Below, in pieces: positions 19,221-28,429 of a stretch of 64,000 nt of DNA (the first letter of the stretch is position 1; each line of letters begins with the position of its first letter). This DNA is from Candidatus Bathyarchaeota archaeon. GTDB taxonomy: Archaea; Thermoproteota; Bathyarchaeia; Bathyarchaeales; Bathycorpusculaceae. A program made the translations under genes and the position numbers. Under the pieces are notes generated by a model that saw nothing but the letters and a program-made list of their open reading frames with translations, made no database searches and had not been told where the DNA came from. Location: contig CAWFFH010000003.1 in the NCBI GenBank assembly GCA_963815095.1, positions 1,376,001 through 1,440,000 on the forward strand, read 5' to 3'.

Positions 19221-19258
19221 GCTGTTCTTTTACGGAACAGGCTGTTCTCTGGGGAGAG
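19221..19258 (+). repeat. Intergenic element, copy 1 (TGTTC..GAACA palindrome followed by TGTTC..CTGGG(G)AGAG)
   Basis: gctgttcttttacggaacaggctgttctctggggagag; similar copy at 21628-21666. Confidence 0.6.
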
Positions 19259-19294
19259 TTATGAGTAACAGTGATTATTTCTAAGTTAGAGAAT

Positions 19295-20112
19295 ATGAAA
19301 CCAAAGATAACACTACTCAGCTCAGTGCTTATTTTATTTTTATTAGTTCCCTCAATATCTGCAACACAAATTACTAATGTTGCACCTACACCATATACAA
19401 CTTACCACAAAGGTGACCTATACACTACTGTTTATTTTCCAAGTGAAATAACTCCACCAAATGGAACAAAACCACCAAAAATAGAAATCACATCTATGTT
19501 TAACTGTTCTGTAATAGCTTCAAATAATCTACCTTAACTTTTAATTTGACTTTGGTTTCACCAACCGCTTTTTATTCTATTATTCTTCAAGGGGTCTGTT
19601 ACAAACCAAGTTGGCAATCAGGTAATACTACTATTGACTTTGGTTCAAATAACAAGTTTTACAATAAGACGTTAGCCTTCTCAATCTCTTCTACCAATAT
19701 GACGGATGGAACAAAATCAGTTACAGTTTATGCAAGCACAATGTATGAGTTTAAAACAAGCAGAGAGAATGTTGCAGAACCAGTTAGTGGGATTAAGGGG
19801 ATTCCTCCTTATGGAAACTATCTCCATTATTCTAATTATTACTTTATAGAAGGCTCTTCCTCTGTTAACTTTATGATTGATACTTCCCCAACAGCTACAC
19901 CAAGCGTAAACAATGATTCAGGTTCAGGTTATAAAACCAACATTCTCCTGTATACAATTGGAATAATTACTCTTCTGATTGTGGCTGCTGCTTTGTTGGT
20001 TTATCACAAACGCAGAACCAAACAATTTAGTCCAGAAACCTTTACTGGACTTAGTCAAGGAAGCTGTACAAGAAGTCTTATAACGAAAACTCTTCCAACA
20101 ATAAAGTGGTAG
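19295..20112 (+). pseudogene. Surface/Ig-like protein gene split by a frameshift near 19530
   Basis: Signal peptide in the first ORF, TM anchor LLVYHKRR in the second; one extra base restores ...SNNL-TLTFNLTLVSP. Confidence 0.65.
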
Positions 20113-20114
20113 CT

Positions 20115-21614
20115 ATGAGTAAAACTATAGCTTTAGCAATTGTTTTGGTCTTTCTAACAGCATCAAGCATAATTACCTTTTTGCCGGCCAAAGCTGAAAC
20201 TAAAGCCATCATTGTTCCAGATGATTACCCAACTATATCTGATGCATTGATTGCTGCTGCCGACGGTGACACCATATGTGTGAAGAAAGGAACCTACAAG
20301 GAGGGTACATTGGTGATAAACAAAACAGTGACCCTTATAGGCGAAGACCCAAAAACAACCATAATACAAGACCCCTGGTTAACTCCTCATTGGGACCCCT
20401 CTTCATCACCTTTTCCTCCACCAAAACCCACCACCATACAAGTTAAAGCAGACGATACGACGATTTCAGGATTTACTATCACAGGCAACGCTATTCCTCT
20501 AAGCATTCTTGCTAACAGAGTTCAAGTCATTGCCAGCATCATGGATAGTATTGAAGTGTATGGCAACAATAATACCATCAGCCAAAACAGCATAAAAACA
20601 TACGTCAAATGCGATGGTTCGTACAACAACTTTCTAAGTAATCCAATGATTGGCGGAGGGTACGACGGCTTTTTAGTTAATGGAGATTTTAACGTAATTT
20701 ACAACAATAGACTTTCGGGTTGTTCCATTGAAGTGAGGGCAAAAAATAATACCATAGCAAAGAACAGCGGTTATTTCTCTCTAAGCTTAACCAAGAGTTC
20801 TTCAAATAACGTAGTTTTAGGCAACCGAATAAGTGGAGACTTACTTCTGATGGGGTTCAACAATACTTTCTATGCAAACGAGATTACTTATGTGGGAATA
20901 GGTGGATTTCACGGTGGCACCACGGATGCGGCATATAATAGTTTTTTCCAAAATAACTTTGTTGGCAAAGCACCTGAATTTTCAGTTAGCACTAAAAATC
21001 CTGGTACTCTCTTTTGGAATAACGGTGGAAAAGGGAACTATTGGCGTAGTTTCAATGGCACCGACTCAGATACCGACGGGGTAGGAGACACAACCTACCA
21101 AGTATATGCCGAGTACCACTATTTTGATGGCGCCATTCGTGAAGATACAACCGTTTCTTTGGGTCAGGACAAATATCCACTCTTGTTAGCTTTTGAAATT
21201 GATAGCGTAAAATTTGATAAGTCCAAAATTACAATCCCTGTAGTTGTGTCAGAGTCGTTGTTAACTGTTCTTTCGCCTCAAAATAATAAAACCTACAATG
21301 TGAAAGATGTATCGCTTAATTTTTCAATATCTCAACTGGCTAAATTGGTAAGGTATAGTTTGGATGAACAAGATAATGTTACGGTCGCTGGTAACTTTAC
21401 GCTTACCGATTTAGCTAATGGTGTACATAATATAACATTTTATGCCGATGACCCGTTTGGGAATACCCAAGCATCAGGAATAATTGTTTTCAATGTAGAA
21501 GTTCAAGCGTCTTTTCCTGTTGTTCTTAGGTTCGCTGTTTCTGTTGGAGTAGTCGCCTTGGCGGTTGCTGGTTTGTTGGTATACTACAAAAAACACAAGA
21601 CGAAAACAGCTTGA
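20115..21614 (+). CDS. NosD-like beta-helix plus Ig-like surface protein with C-terminal TM anchor
   Basis: IIVPDDYPTI, GNYWRSF..DSDTDGVGDT, YSLD, GVHNITFYA, GLLVYYKKHK. Confidence 0.82.
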   Translation: MSKTIALAIVLVFLTASSIITFLPAKAETKAIIVPDDYPTISDALIAAADGDTICVKKGTYKEGTLVINKTVTLIGEDPKTTIIQDPWLTPHWDPSSSPFPPPKPTTIQVKADDTTISGFTITGNAIPLSILANRVQVIASIMDSIEVYGNNNTISQNSIKTYVKCDGSYNNFLSNPMIGGGYDGFLVNGDFNVIYNNRLSGCSIEVRAKNNTIAKNSGYFSLSLTKSSSNNVVLGNRISGDLLLMGFNNTFYANEITYVGIGGFHGGTTDAAYNSFFQNNFVGKAPEFSVSTKNPGTLFWNNGGKGNYWRSFNGTDSDTDGVGDTTYQVYAEYHYFDGAIREDTTVSLGQDKYPLLLAFEIDSVKFDKSKITIPVVVSESLLTVLSPQNNKTYNVKDVSLNFSISQLAKLVRYSLDEQDNVTVAGNFTLTDLANGVHNITFYADDPFGNTQASGIIVFNVEVQASFPVVLRFAVSVGVVALAVAGLLVYYKKHKTKTA

Positions 21615-21627
21615 TACTTATTGGGTG

Positions 21628-21666
21628 GCTGTTCTTTTTGGGGAACACTGTGTTCCTCTGGGAGAG
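21628..21666 (+). repeat. Intergenic element, copy 2
   Basis: gctgttctttttggggaacactgtgttcctctgggagag. Confidence 0.6.
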
Positions 21667-21705
21667 CTAAAAGTCAGATTGTTGCATACACAATTAGGGT
21701 TAATC

Positions 21706-22605
21706 ATGAATCGTCAGTCAAGCAGGGTAACCGTGTTTGCGGTGGTTCTTTTGGGTTTACTGTTGATTGGGCTCCAACCTGTTTTAGGTAGCACTGTGGG
21801 TCCAGTTTACCTCTCTGACTACATCACCGTCTACAGCCCCGTCAACACAACCTACAACACCAAAAACATCCTCTTCAACTACACTGTTGGCGTCGGCATA
21901 GGCATGCACATTTCCCTAAATTACACCCTGGACGGAACCCTAGCAGACGCCATGCCCTTCACAGTCATAAACCCAAACGAGCTGCACGTGATGTATTTAG
22001 CGCGTGGTCAAGTACAGTTGCCCGAGTTATCAGAGGGACAACATACTTTGACAATTGCATACTATACAGACTTTAACTTCTACAAAGATGCACATTCTTA
22101 CGTGGACACAATTCATTTTACCGTCGACTCAGCGGCACCCGACGTTGTTTTAGATGCAACCCCACCCAACATAACCATACTAACACCTAAAACAAACCAA
22201 ACCTATGCAGGCGCAGTCCTGTTAAATGTGCTCCTAAGCGAACTAACCACACCATTTACAGTAAACATAGACGGAAACAGAACCATAACTCTGCCAGCGC
22301 AAAACACCACTCTAACCGACTTAACTGTAGGCAAACATAGCCTCTCCATTAAAGCAAACGACCTTGTAGGAAACCGAGGGTACTCAAACAGAGTCAGTTT
22401 TTACGTGACTCAACCCACGTCAACACATACGCCAACCCCAACGCTTACACCAACTCCAATGCATACACCAACCCCAACGCCTATAATCCCAACAAGTAGC
22501 TTCAATTCGCAATTAATGCTTCCAATAATTGCGGTTGTAGTTTTAGCCGTTGTAATTATCTCTTTGTTGCTTTTTAGACTATATGAAAGACGAGTGAGAA
22601 AGTAA
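21706..22605 (+). CDS. Ig-like-domain surface protein with Pro/Thr linker; last 8 residues are encoded by the IS110 left end
   Basis: Signal peptide, YSPVNTTY, LSEGQHTL, PPNITIL, PTPT linker, TM; original tail RHRKTISQNQPNV* lies at 23853-23894. Confidence 0.82.
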   Translation: MNRQSSRVTVFAVVLLGLLLIGLQPVLGSTVGPVYLSDYITVYSPVNTTYNTKNILFNYTVGVGIGMHISLNYTLDGTLADAMPFTVINPNELHVMYLARGQVQLPELSEGQHTLTIAYYTDFNFYKDAHSYVDTIHFTVDSAAPDVVLDATPPNITILTPKTNQTYAGAVLLNVLLSELTTPFTVNIDGNRTITLPAQNTTLTDLTVGKHSLSIKANDLVGNRGYSNRVSFYVTQPTSTHTPTPTLTPTPMHTPTPTPIIPTSSFNSQLMLPIIAVVVLAVVIISLLLFRLYERRVRK

Positions 22606-22731
22606 CTCTTGCTGGCTAGTCCGGTGCCTTCTTGGCCCTTGCGGCCGATTTTTAGACTGGGCTTGACCTGAGCTGCTATAGAACTGGGCATTCGCCCGTA
22701 TGAGAGATTGCAGCCTGAAAGCCAGCAGGAG
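22606..22731 (+). ncRNA. Putative IS110 bridge RNA with target-binding and donor-binding loops
   Basis: Outer stem CTCTTGCTGGCT/AGCCAGCAGGAG. Loop 1: AGTCCGGT..ACTGGGCT with guides tgccttct and tttttaga. Loop 2: GCTGC..GCAGC with guides tatagaact and atgagaga. Confidence 0.75.
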
Positions 22732-22742
22732 AAAGAAAAAAA

Positions 22743-23789
22743 ATGGTGAGATATGTAGGAGTAGATGTTGGCAAAGCCAAATGCAGAGCAGCAATAATGA
22801 ATCAAACCGGCGCCATCGAGAGCGAATTCTTCTTTGAAAACAACACTAAAGGAATAGAGTCTTTGACGTCTATGCTAACTGTTGAGGATCAGGTTGTTAT
22901 GGAATCTACAGGGAATTTGTGGCTAAGCATATACGATGCATTGGATAATAGAAGCATTAAGGTAGTGCTGGCTAATCCATTGAAGACTAAAGTGATAGCT
23001 TCAGCGAAAATAAAAACTGATAAGGTGGATGCTAGGATTTTGGCGCATTTGCTGAGAGCTGATCTTGTTGCTGAAAGCTATGTTCCGCAAGGAAGCATAC
23101 GTGAAATGCGAGGTTTAGTTAGGCATAGGCTGAGCTTGGTTAGAATGCGCACGGCTATAAAGAACAAGGCACATGCAATCGTTGACAAGTATAGTTATCG
23201 TTGTGAATTCTCAGATATGTTCGGTAAAGGTGGAATTGCTTGGATGAGGTCACTGATACTTAATGAGCTTGATAGACTGATTTTGGAAAACCATCTTTCG
23301 CTGATTGAATCTATTAACTTGCAGGTCGGGATGGTGGATAAAGCTATTCGAAAAATCGCTTGTGAGGATGAGGATGTTCGGTTGCTACTTAGCTTGACTG
23401 GTGTTGATGTTTATGGTGCATTGTTGATTCATAGTGAAATTGGTCCGATAACGCGGTTTAGTAGTTATAAGAAGTTGATTTCTTGGGCTGGTTTGGCTCC
23501 GTCGGTGCATCAATCTGGGAATGTTGAGTATACTGGTAGGATTACTAAGCGTGGTTCTAGCTTGTTGAGGTGGGTTATGGTTGAGGCTGCGAGGACTGCT
23601 GTGCAGTATGATGAGAAATTGGCTGGGTTTTATGAGCGTGTGAGGGCTAGGCGTGGTGATCAGAAGGCTGCTGTTGCTGTTGCTTGTAAGATGCTTAAGA
23701 TTGTTTGGTTCATGCTAAGTAGGCGTGAGGTCTATAGCTGTGCTAATACGAGGCGTTATGGAGAAAAGCTAAAAAAGATTGGTGCGTAG
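22743..23789 (+). CDS. IS110 recombinase/transposase
   Basis: DEDD motifs YVGVDVGK, VMESTG, KTDKVDA; C-terminal WAGLAPSVHQSG, ITKRGS. Confidence 0.95.
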   Translation: MVRYVGVDVGKAKCRAAIMNQTGAIESEFFFENNTKGIESLTSMLTVEDQVVMESTGNLWLSIYDALDNRSIKVVLANPLKTKVIASAKIKTDKVDARILAHLLRADLVAESYVPQGSIREMRGLVRHRLSLVRMRTAIKNKAHAIVDKYSYRCEFSDMFGKGGIAWMRSLILNELDRLILENHLSLIESINLQVGMVDKAIRKIACEDEDVRLLLSLTGVDVYGALLIHSEIGPITRFSSYKKLISWAGLAPSVHQSGNVEYTGRITKRGSSLLRWVMVEAARTAVQYDEKLAGFYERVRARRGDQKAAVAVACKMLKIVWFMLSRREVYSCANTRRYGEKLKKIGA

Positions 23790-24209
23790 TTTGGTTTACT
23801 GGCTTTCAGGATAAGTTGGTCGCTGGCTTAGAGAACCGTCTTTCATGAGAGAAGGCATCGAAAAACAATCTCTCAAAACCAACCCAACGTTTAAAAAAAA
23901 GCATAAACTAAATTTTAAAGGAAAAGTTTGATAAACTCAACTTTCTTTGTATTGAAAAAACATCTAAGGATATTTTTAATTAAAAACTTTAGTTCTTTCT
24001 TTCTGTGTTTGTCTGTCTTGTGTGTGCTAAAGGAGAGAGAGAGAGTAGTAGTAAAAGTAGTTAGATGAAAGAAGTAGTCAATAGTAGTTAGTTAGAAGCA
24101 TAGGGGAAAAAGACTAAAATTTTATCCTTCAATAGTCTTTTGTTTTATTAAGAAGAAAATAAACATTATTAGATTTTTTCAATTAAACTGCTTTTAAAAT
24201 TCGACCTGG

Positions 24210-25205
24210 TTATTTTGCTTTGGAAGGTTGTTTGGGCGATTTGTAGAAGAGCAAAGGCAAAGCAACCAGAGGCAGCGCCAGCATCCATAAGTCCATGTTG
24301 TGCCCAAGGAACCACGCATACCAATCATTCCATACATTGCCCGCAAAGAAGACCCAACTGAAATAGTTCCATAAAAAATACAATCCAAGCGCAAGCAATA
24401 TGACGCCGATTGCTTGGTGTTTGAGGTCTTCCAAGTTTTCCACGTGGACAGATTTCTTGGTGATGTAGCCAGAGTATATTGCCAACGCTAGTAAGCCGAA
24501 CGCTGTTGTGATAAAACTTACCAAGTGTTCCGGGTGGGGAATTAGTTGTTCTACTCCGTTGACTTGCATGGGTACAACCCAAAGATATTCGATTCCTTTG
24601 GTTCTAATGATACCTACCCATATGCTTGTATTAATCAACCAGAAAACAACAATGTAGAGTGTACTAGTGATAAGTCCCCACTTCACAGGCGCCTTTAGAG
24701 ATTTGTTGGGGTTTAACTTGAAAGCAAAGACGAACAGGATGATTGGGAGAACTATTGCTTCCATTACACTTGGAATAACGCCCAAAAACAACGAATTTAA
24801 CAAGTTAATTAACGATCGGCCATGAGCAAGCGTCTGATCAAAGCTTTGAACAGTATAGCCTGTGGTTGCGCTAAGACCCAACCAATAAATTCCCTCAAAA
24901 ACCAAAACAACTCGCAGAACTGTGTACATTGTGGGTTTTGAAAGCTTCTTTTGAGAAAAGTAAGCGATGATAGCTGCGAGAGCTATAATGCTGGCTGCAA
25001 ACCTGAAAACCAGGCCGACGGTTGCAAAGATATCTTCCGTTAAAATCATGGTTCCAAAGGAGCCACCTCCAAGGCGGTTCCATTCACCAATCCATGAGAG
25101 CGTAAACATTGCGTGCAAAGTGAATAAGAAATATGCAACAATAACTGTTAGTAATCCTAATTTTATTGGCGTGACGAATTTCTGCTCTGCCATAGAATCA
25201 ACCAA
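24210..25205 (-). CDS. Polytopic membrane protein, function unknown
   Basis: About 8 hydrophobic segments. Confidence 0.7.
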   Translation of the reverse strand: MVDSMAEQKFVTPIKLGLLTVIVAYFLFTLHAMFTLSWIGEWNRLGGGSFGTMILTEDIFATVGLVFRFAASIIALAAIIAYFSQKKLSKPTMYTVLRVVLVFEGIYWLGLSATTGYTVQSFDQTLAHGRSLINLLNSLFLGVIPSVMEAIVLPIILFVFAFKLNPNKSLKAPVKWGLITSTLYIVVFWLINTSIWVGIIRTKGIEYLWVVPMQVNGVEQLIPHPEHLVSFITTAFGLLALAIYSGYITKKSVHVENLEDLKHQAIGVILLALGLYFLWNYFSWVFFAGNVWNDWYAWFLGHNMDLWMLALPLVALPLLFYKSPKQPSKAK

Positions 25206-25312
25206 ACTTGGTTAAGATTAACTCGTTTAGTTGCGTATATTATATTTGTGGTAGCTGTAGGGACGGTTAGTGTTAAATACAAAATTCACTTTAGTATTAA
25301 TGGAGATACCTT

Positions 25313-25537
25313 GTGTTAAGCGAAAAACGAATGCACAATTTCTTGTTTGCCGTTCAAGGAGTCGGTATCGTATTTGTGGCTATTTTCCTATTGGCTTACT
25401 TAGGTGGTCTGCCCACAACCAATGTTCTCCATAATCAACTTGTGTTCAGAATTCCGTTAGCTATTCTTGGTGTTGTGTTTTTGGTAATTACATTTGCAAT
25501 GGTAGTTTTGGCGGTTTTTTCAAGAAAAGAACGTTGA
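25313..25537 (+). CDS. Small 2-TM membrane protein
   Basis: Two hydrophobic helices, basic tail, GGAGA upstream. Confidence 0.6.
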   Translation: MLSEKRMHNFLFAVQGVGIVFVAIFLLAYLGGLPTTNVLHNQLVFRIPLAILGVVFLVITFAMVVLAVFSRKER

Positions 25538-25555
25538 TTTAAGATAATTCATTGT

Positions 25556-26188
25556 TTAACTCAAGGTTTCCCGTTTGCCATTATTAAATAAATAAACCTT
25601 ATTGATGAAAGACAATTTTCCCTTATCGCAAACAATAGCTGAACTTTTAGGAACAGCAAAAATGTCCTCCTCCTTCGACAACTCTATCAATTCTTTATCA
25701 TTGCCTAATCGGTAATGCGCCTTCAAGGCTATGTCTACTAGATCTAACCCATCAATAATCTTGACTTCCGAGGTACTTCGATAGGTAATTACACATTTCC
25801 TGCAAAGCGCCAAAGCTCCTGCACTTCGCCCAACAATAACTCCTTCAAAGTCGTTTAGTAAGCTTTGAATGCCTGATTTTTTTAAGCGTTCCACCAAAAC
25901 GGTGGGTACACCACCAGTTAAATAAATAAGGTCTGATTCAGAGATTTTTTCCTTAATTTCTGAAAATGAACACGAGTAATCGACGTTATTTACTGTGCTT
26001 GCACCTAAGCTTCTAAAATAATCGAACATGAGTTTGCTTTTAGGGTATGCTTTATCGAAAGATGCTCTTGCCCACGAAAACACAAGAATTCTCGGTGCCT
26101 CACCAGCATCCTGGAAGGCTCGTTGGTTTATTTCCTTCGCATCTCTTTTGTGGGTGTTTTCTCCACCTAAAAGATAGATCCTGGGCAT
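25556..26188 (-). CDS. Peptidase S51 (PepE-like, class I glutamine amidotransferase fold)
   Basis: LIYLTGG, nucleophile motif GRSAGA, GLDLV..AHY. Confidence 0.8.
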   Translation of the reverse strand: MPRIYLLGGENTHKRDAKEINQRAFQDAGEAPRILVFSWARASFDKAYPKSKLMFDYFRSLGASTVNNVDYSCSFSEIKEKISESDLIYLTGGVPTVLVERLKKSGIQSLLNDFEGVIVGRSAGALALCRKCVITYRSTSEVKIIDGLDLVDIALKAHYRLGNDKELIELSKEEDIFAVPKSSAIVCDKGKLSFINKVYLFNNGKRETLS

Positions 26189-26317
26189 AACAATTCTGAC
26201 ATGCTTGGAAGTTTAAAAGATTACCGTCAAGTTCTCAACCCATTCAATGGGTTGTATAATTGGGTCATTTACTGATAATGCTTATTAGGTTTAAATTAAA
26301 AGTTAGCTCGATGCAAG

Positions 26318-26539
26318 ATGGTTCCTGAAGGCTACATTGAGTATAAGCGCCGAGAATTCTGCAAAGATGTTAAATGCTCCGTGCAAATCGAGTTAAACCA
26401 GCAAACTGATGGTTCGCCAGCTTACGAGCAGGCACGCCAAAAATGCAGCACCGCATGTCTATACACGACATGGCAGTTTCATCATTGGCTCATAGAAAAA
26501 GGTTATTTAATTCTAAAACCAAAAGCTTCCTCGGAGTAA
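26318..26539 (+). CDS. Small Cys-containing hypothetical protein leading the lsrF operon
   Basis: EFCKDVKC...CSTAC...WQFHHWL; 6 nt upstream of lsrF. Confidence 0.7.
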   Translation: MVPEGYIEYKRREFCKDVKCSVQIELNQQTDGSPAYEQARQKCSTACLYTTWQFHHWLIEKGYLILKPKASSE

Positions 26540-26545
26540 TGAATT

Positions 26546-27343
26546 ATGGATTGGGGAATGAAGAACCGCTTAAGTAGACTCATCCAGAAAGACGGAAAAG
26601 CCCTCTTTTTACCAATTGATCACGGATACTTCCAGGGACCAACACATGGCCTGGAACATCCCGAAGAAACAATTAAACCAATCATCCAATACGCCGACGG
26701 CCTAATGTGCACCCGCGGCGTTCTGCGCAACTGTATCGACCCCGCGATCGAAAAACCCATCATCATGCGAGTTTCGGGCGCAGTTTCGGTGGTTGGGGAA
26801 GACTTAGCTAACGAAAGCGTAGTTACCTCCATAGAAGAAATCCTCAGATTAAACGCCTCAGCAGTTTCCATGTCAGTATTCGTTGGAACCAAATACGAAA
26901 ACAAAAGCCTAAGCAACCTCTCCAAACTCGTCGACGAATGCGAAGAATACGGCGTACCCGTAATGGCAGTTTGTGCAGTCGGAAAGGAACTTGAAAAACG
27001 AGAAGCCCGATATTTAGCCTTAGCCGCCCGTATAACAGCGGAAATTGGTGCACGAGTTGTTAAAACTTACTATTGTAAAGAGAACTTTGAGAAAGTAGTT
27101 GATGGCTGTCCAGTTCCAATCGTGATTGCGGGAGGACCAAAAACTGAAACGCAACGAGAAGTCTTTGACTTCGTTTACGACGGCATACATAAAGGAGCAA
27201 TAGGCGTCAATTTGGGCCGCAACATCTGGCAAACTCAGCATCCAGTAGCTTCCATCAAAGCTATTCGGGCCATAATTCATGAAGGGTACACCGCTCAAGA
27301 AGCCGAAGACTTCTACAACCAAATCATAGCAGGCAAAGCCTAA
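26546..27343 (+). CDS. lsrF: LsrF-type thiolase (class I aldolase fold)
   Basis: MDWGMKNRL, DHGYFQGPT, TRGVLR, VVKTYYC, IVIAGGPK, GRNIWQ. Confidence 0.88.
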   Translation: MDWGMKNRLSRLIQKDGKALFLPIDHGYFQGPTHGLEHPEETIKPIIQYADGLMCTRGVLRNCIDPAIEKPIIMRVSGAVSVVGEDLANESVVTSIEEILRLNASAVSMSVFVGTKYENKSLSNLSKLVDECEEYGVPVMAVCAVGKELEKREARYLALAARITAEIGARVVKTYYCKENFEKVVDGCPVPIVIAGGPKTETQREVFDFVYDGIHKGAIGVNLGRNIWQTQHPVASIKAIRAIIHEGYTAQEAEDFYNQIIAGKA

Positions 27344-27353
27344 CCTTTCTTTT

Positions 27354-28394
27354 TTGGTGATTATTTTGCTTGCTGCCTTTTACTATAACAATCATGACAT
27401 TCGCGTTGAACAAATCCCTCTTCCGAGCATTGGTGAAGATGAAGCGTTGCTTAAGGTGATAGCTAGCGGTATCTGCGGTAGCGATGTTTTGGAGTGGTAC
27501 CGTATTCCTAAGGCACCCCGTGTGTTGGGTCATGAAGCTACAGGCATTATTAGTAAAGTTGGCAGCAAAGTTAACAGCATCAAAGTTGGCGACCGGGTGT
27601 TTGTTTCTCACCATGTTCCATGCAATACATGTAGGCACTGCCAACGCGGAAACCACACCGCCTGTCACACACTTCACACAACCAACTATTACCCCGGCGG
27701 CTTTGCACAATACGTTCAAGTTCCCAAGATCAACGTCCAAATCGGTACCTACAAACTGCCTGATGCTATGAGTTTTGAAGAAGGCACATTCATTGAGCCA
27801 CTTGCATGTGTCTCACGGGGGCAACGCCTCGCCAACCTGCAAAAGGAAGACTCGCTTCTAATCATTGGCAGCGGCATCTCAGGCATCCTCCACGCACAAC
27901 TTGCCAAATTCAAAGGCATAGAGAACATCATTGTAGCGGACATCAACCCGTACAGGTTGGAGCTTGCTAAAAAATTCGGCGCAAACCACGCTCTCAACGC
28001 CAAAGATAACCTGCCTGAAAAACTCAAAGAAGTAAACGATGGGCACTTAGCCGATCAAGTTGTCGTTTGCACAGGTGCAACTTCTGCGGCAATGTCTGCC
28101 ATGGACTGCGTTGAAAATGGCGGAACTATACTGTTCTTTGCCGTGCCCGACCCAACTGTGAAGCTGCAAGTGCCCATTAACCAGTTTTGGCGAAACGAAA
28201 TTTCCATGCGCACGAGCTATGGGGCAGCCCCAAATGACCTTGAAGATTCGCTTAGGTACTTGGCTACTGGAAAATTAAACGTTAAAGACATGATTACTCA
28301 CAGGTTTAGCTTGCGCGAAGCTCAAGAGGGGTTCCGTTTGATGGCTGAAGCAGGGCAATCGCTCAAAGTAATTTTAGAGCCAAACAGCGAGTAA
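27354..28394 (+). CDS. Zinc-dependent medium-chain (polyol-type) dehydrogenase
   Basis: GICGSD, GHE, CNTCRHC..C, GSGISG. Confidence 0.88.
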   Translation: MVIILLAAFYYNNHDIRVEQIPLPSIGEDEALLKVIASGICGSDVLEWYRIPKAPRVLGHEATGIISKVGSKVNSIKVGDRVFVSHHVPCNTCRHCQRGNHTACHTLHTTNYYPGGFAQYVQVPKINVQIGTYKLPDAMSFEEGTFIEPLACVSRGQRLANLQKEDSLLIIGSGISGILHAQLAKFKGIENIIVADINPYRLELAKKFGANHALNAKDNLPEKLKEVNDGHLADQVVVCTGATSAAMSAMDCVENGGTILFFAVPDPTVKLQVPINQFWRNEISMRTSYGAAPNDLEDSLRYLATGKLNVKDMITHRFSLREAQEGFRLMAEAGQSLKVILEPNSE

Positions 28395-28429
28395 AAGAGA
28401 TAAAAACACATTTCAATATACACTCTGCT

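Larger units (their letters stand above)
22576..23852 (+). mobile_element. IS110-family element bounded by an AG(A) core repeat
   Basis: Left junction tttttAGActatat, right junction catgagAGAaggcat; removing the element restores in-frame CTT TTT AGA AGG CAT CGA AAA. Confidence 0.88.

Noticed and set aside
23866-23875. caatctctca, complementary to tgagagattg at 22701, as a terminal inverted repeat
   Set aside because: It lies outside the deduced element end, in the host gene's original tail; probably coincidental
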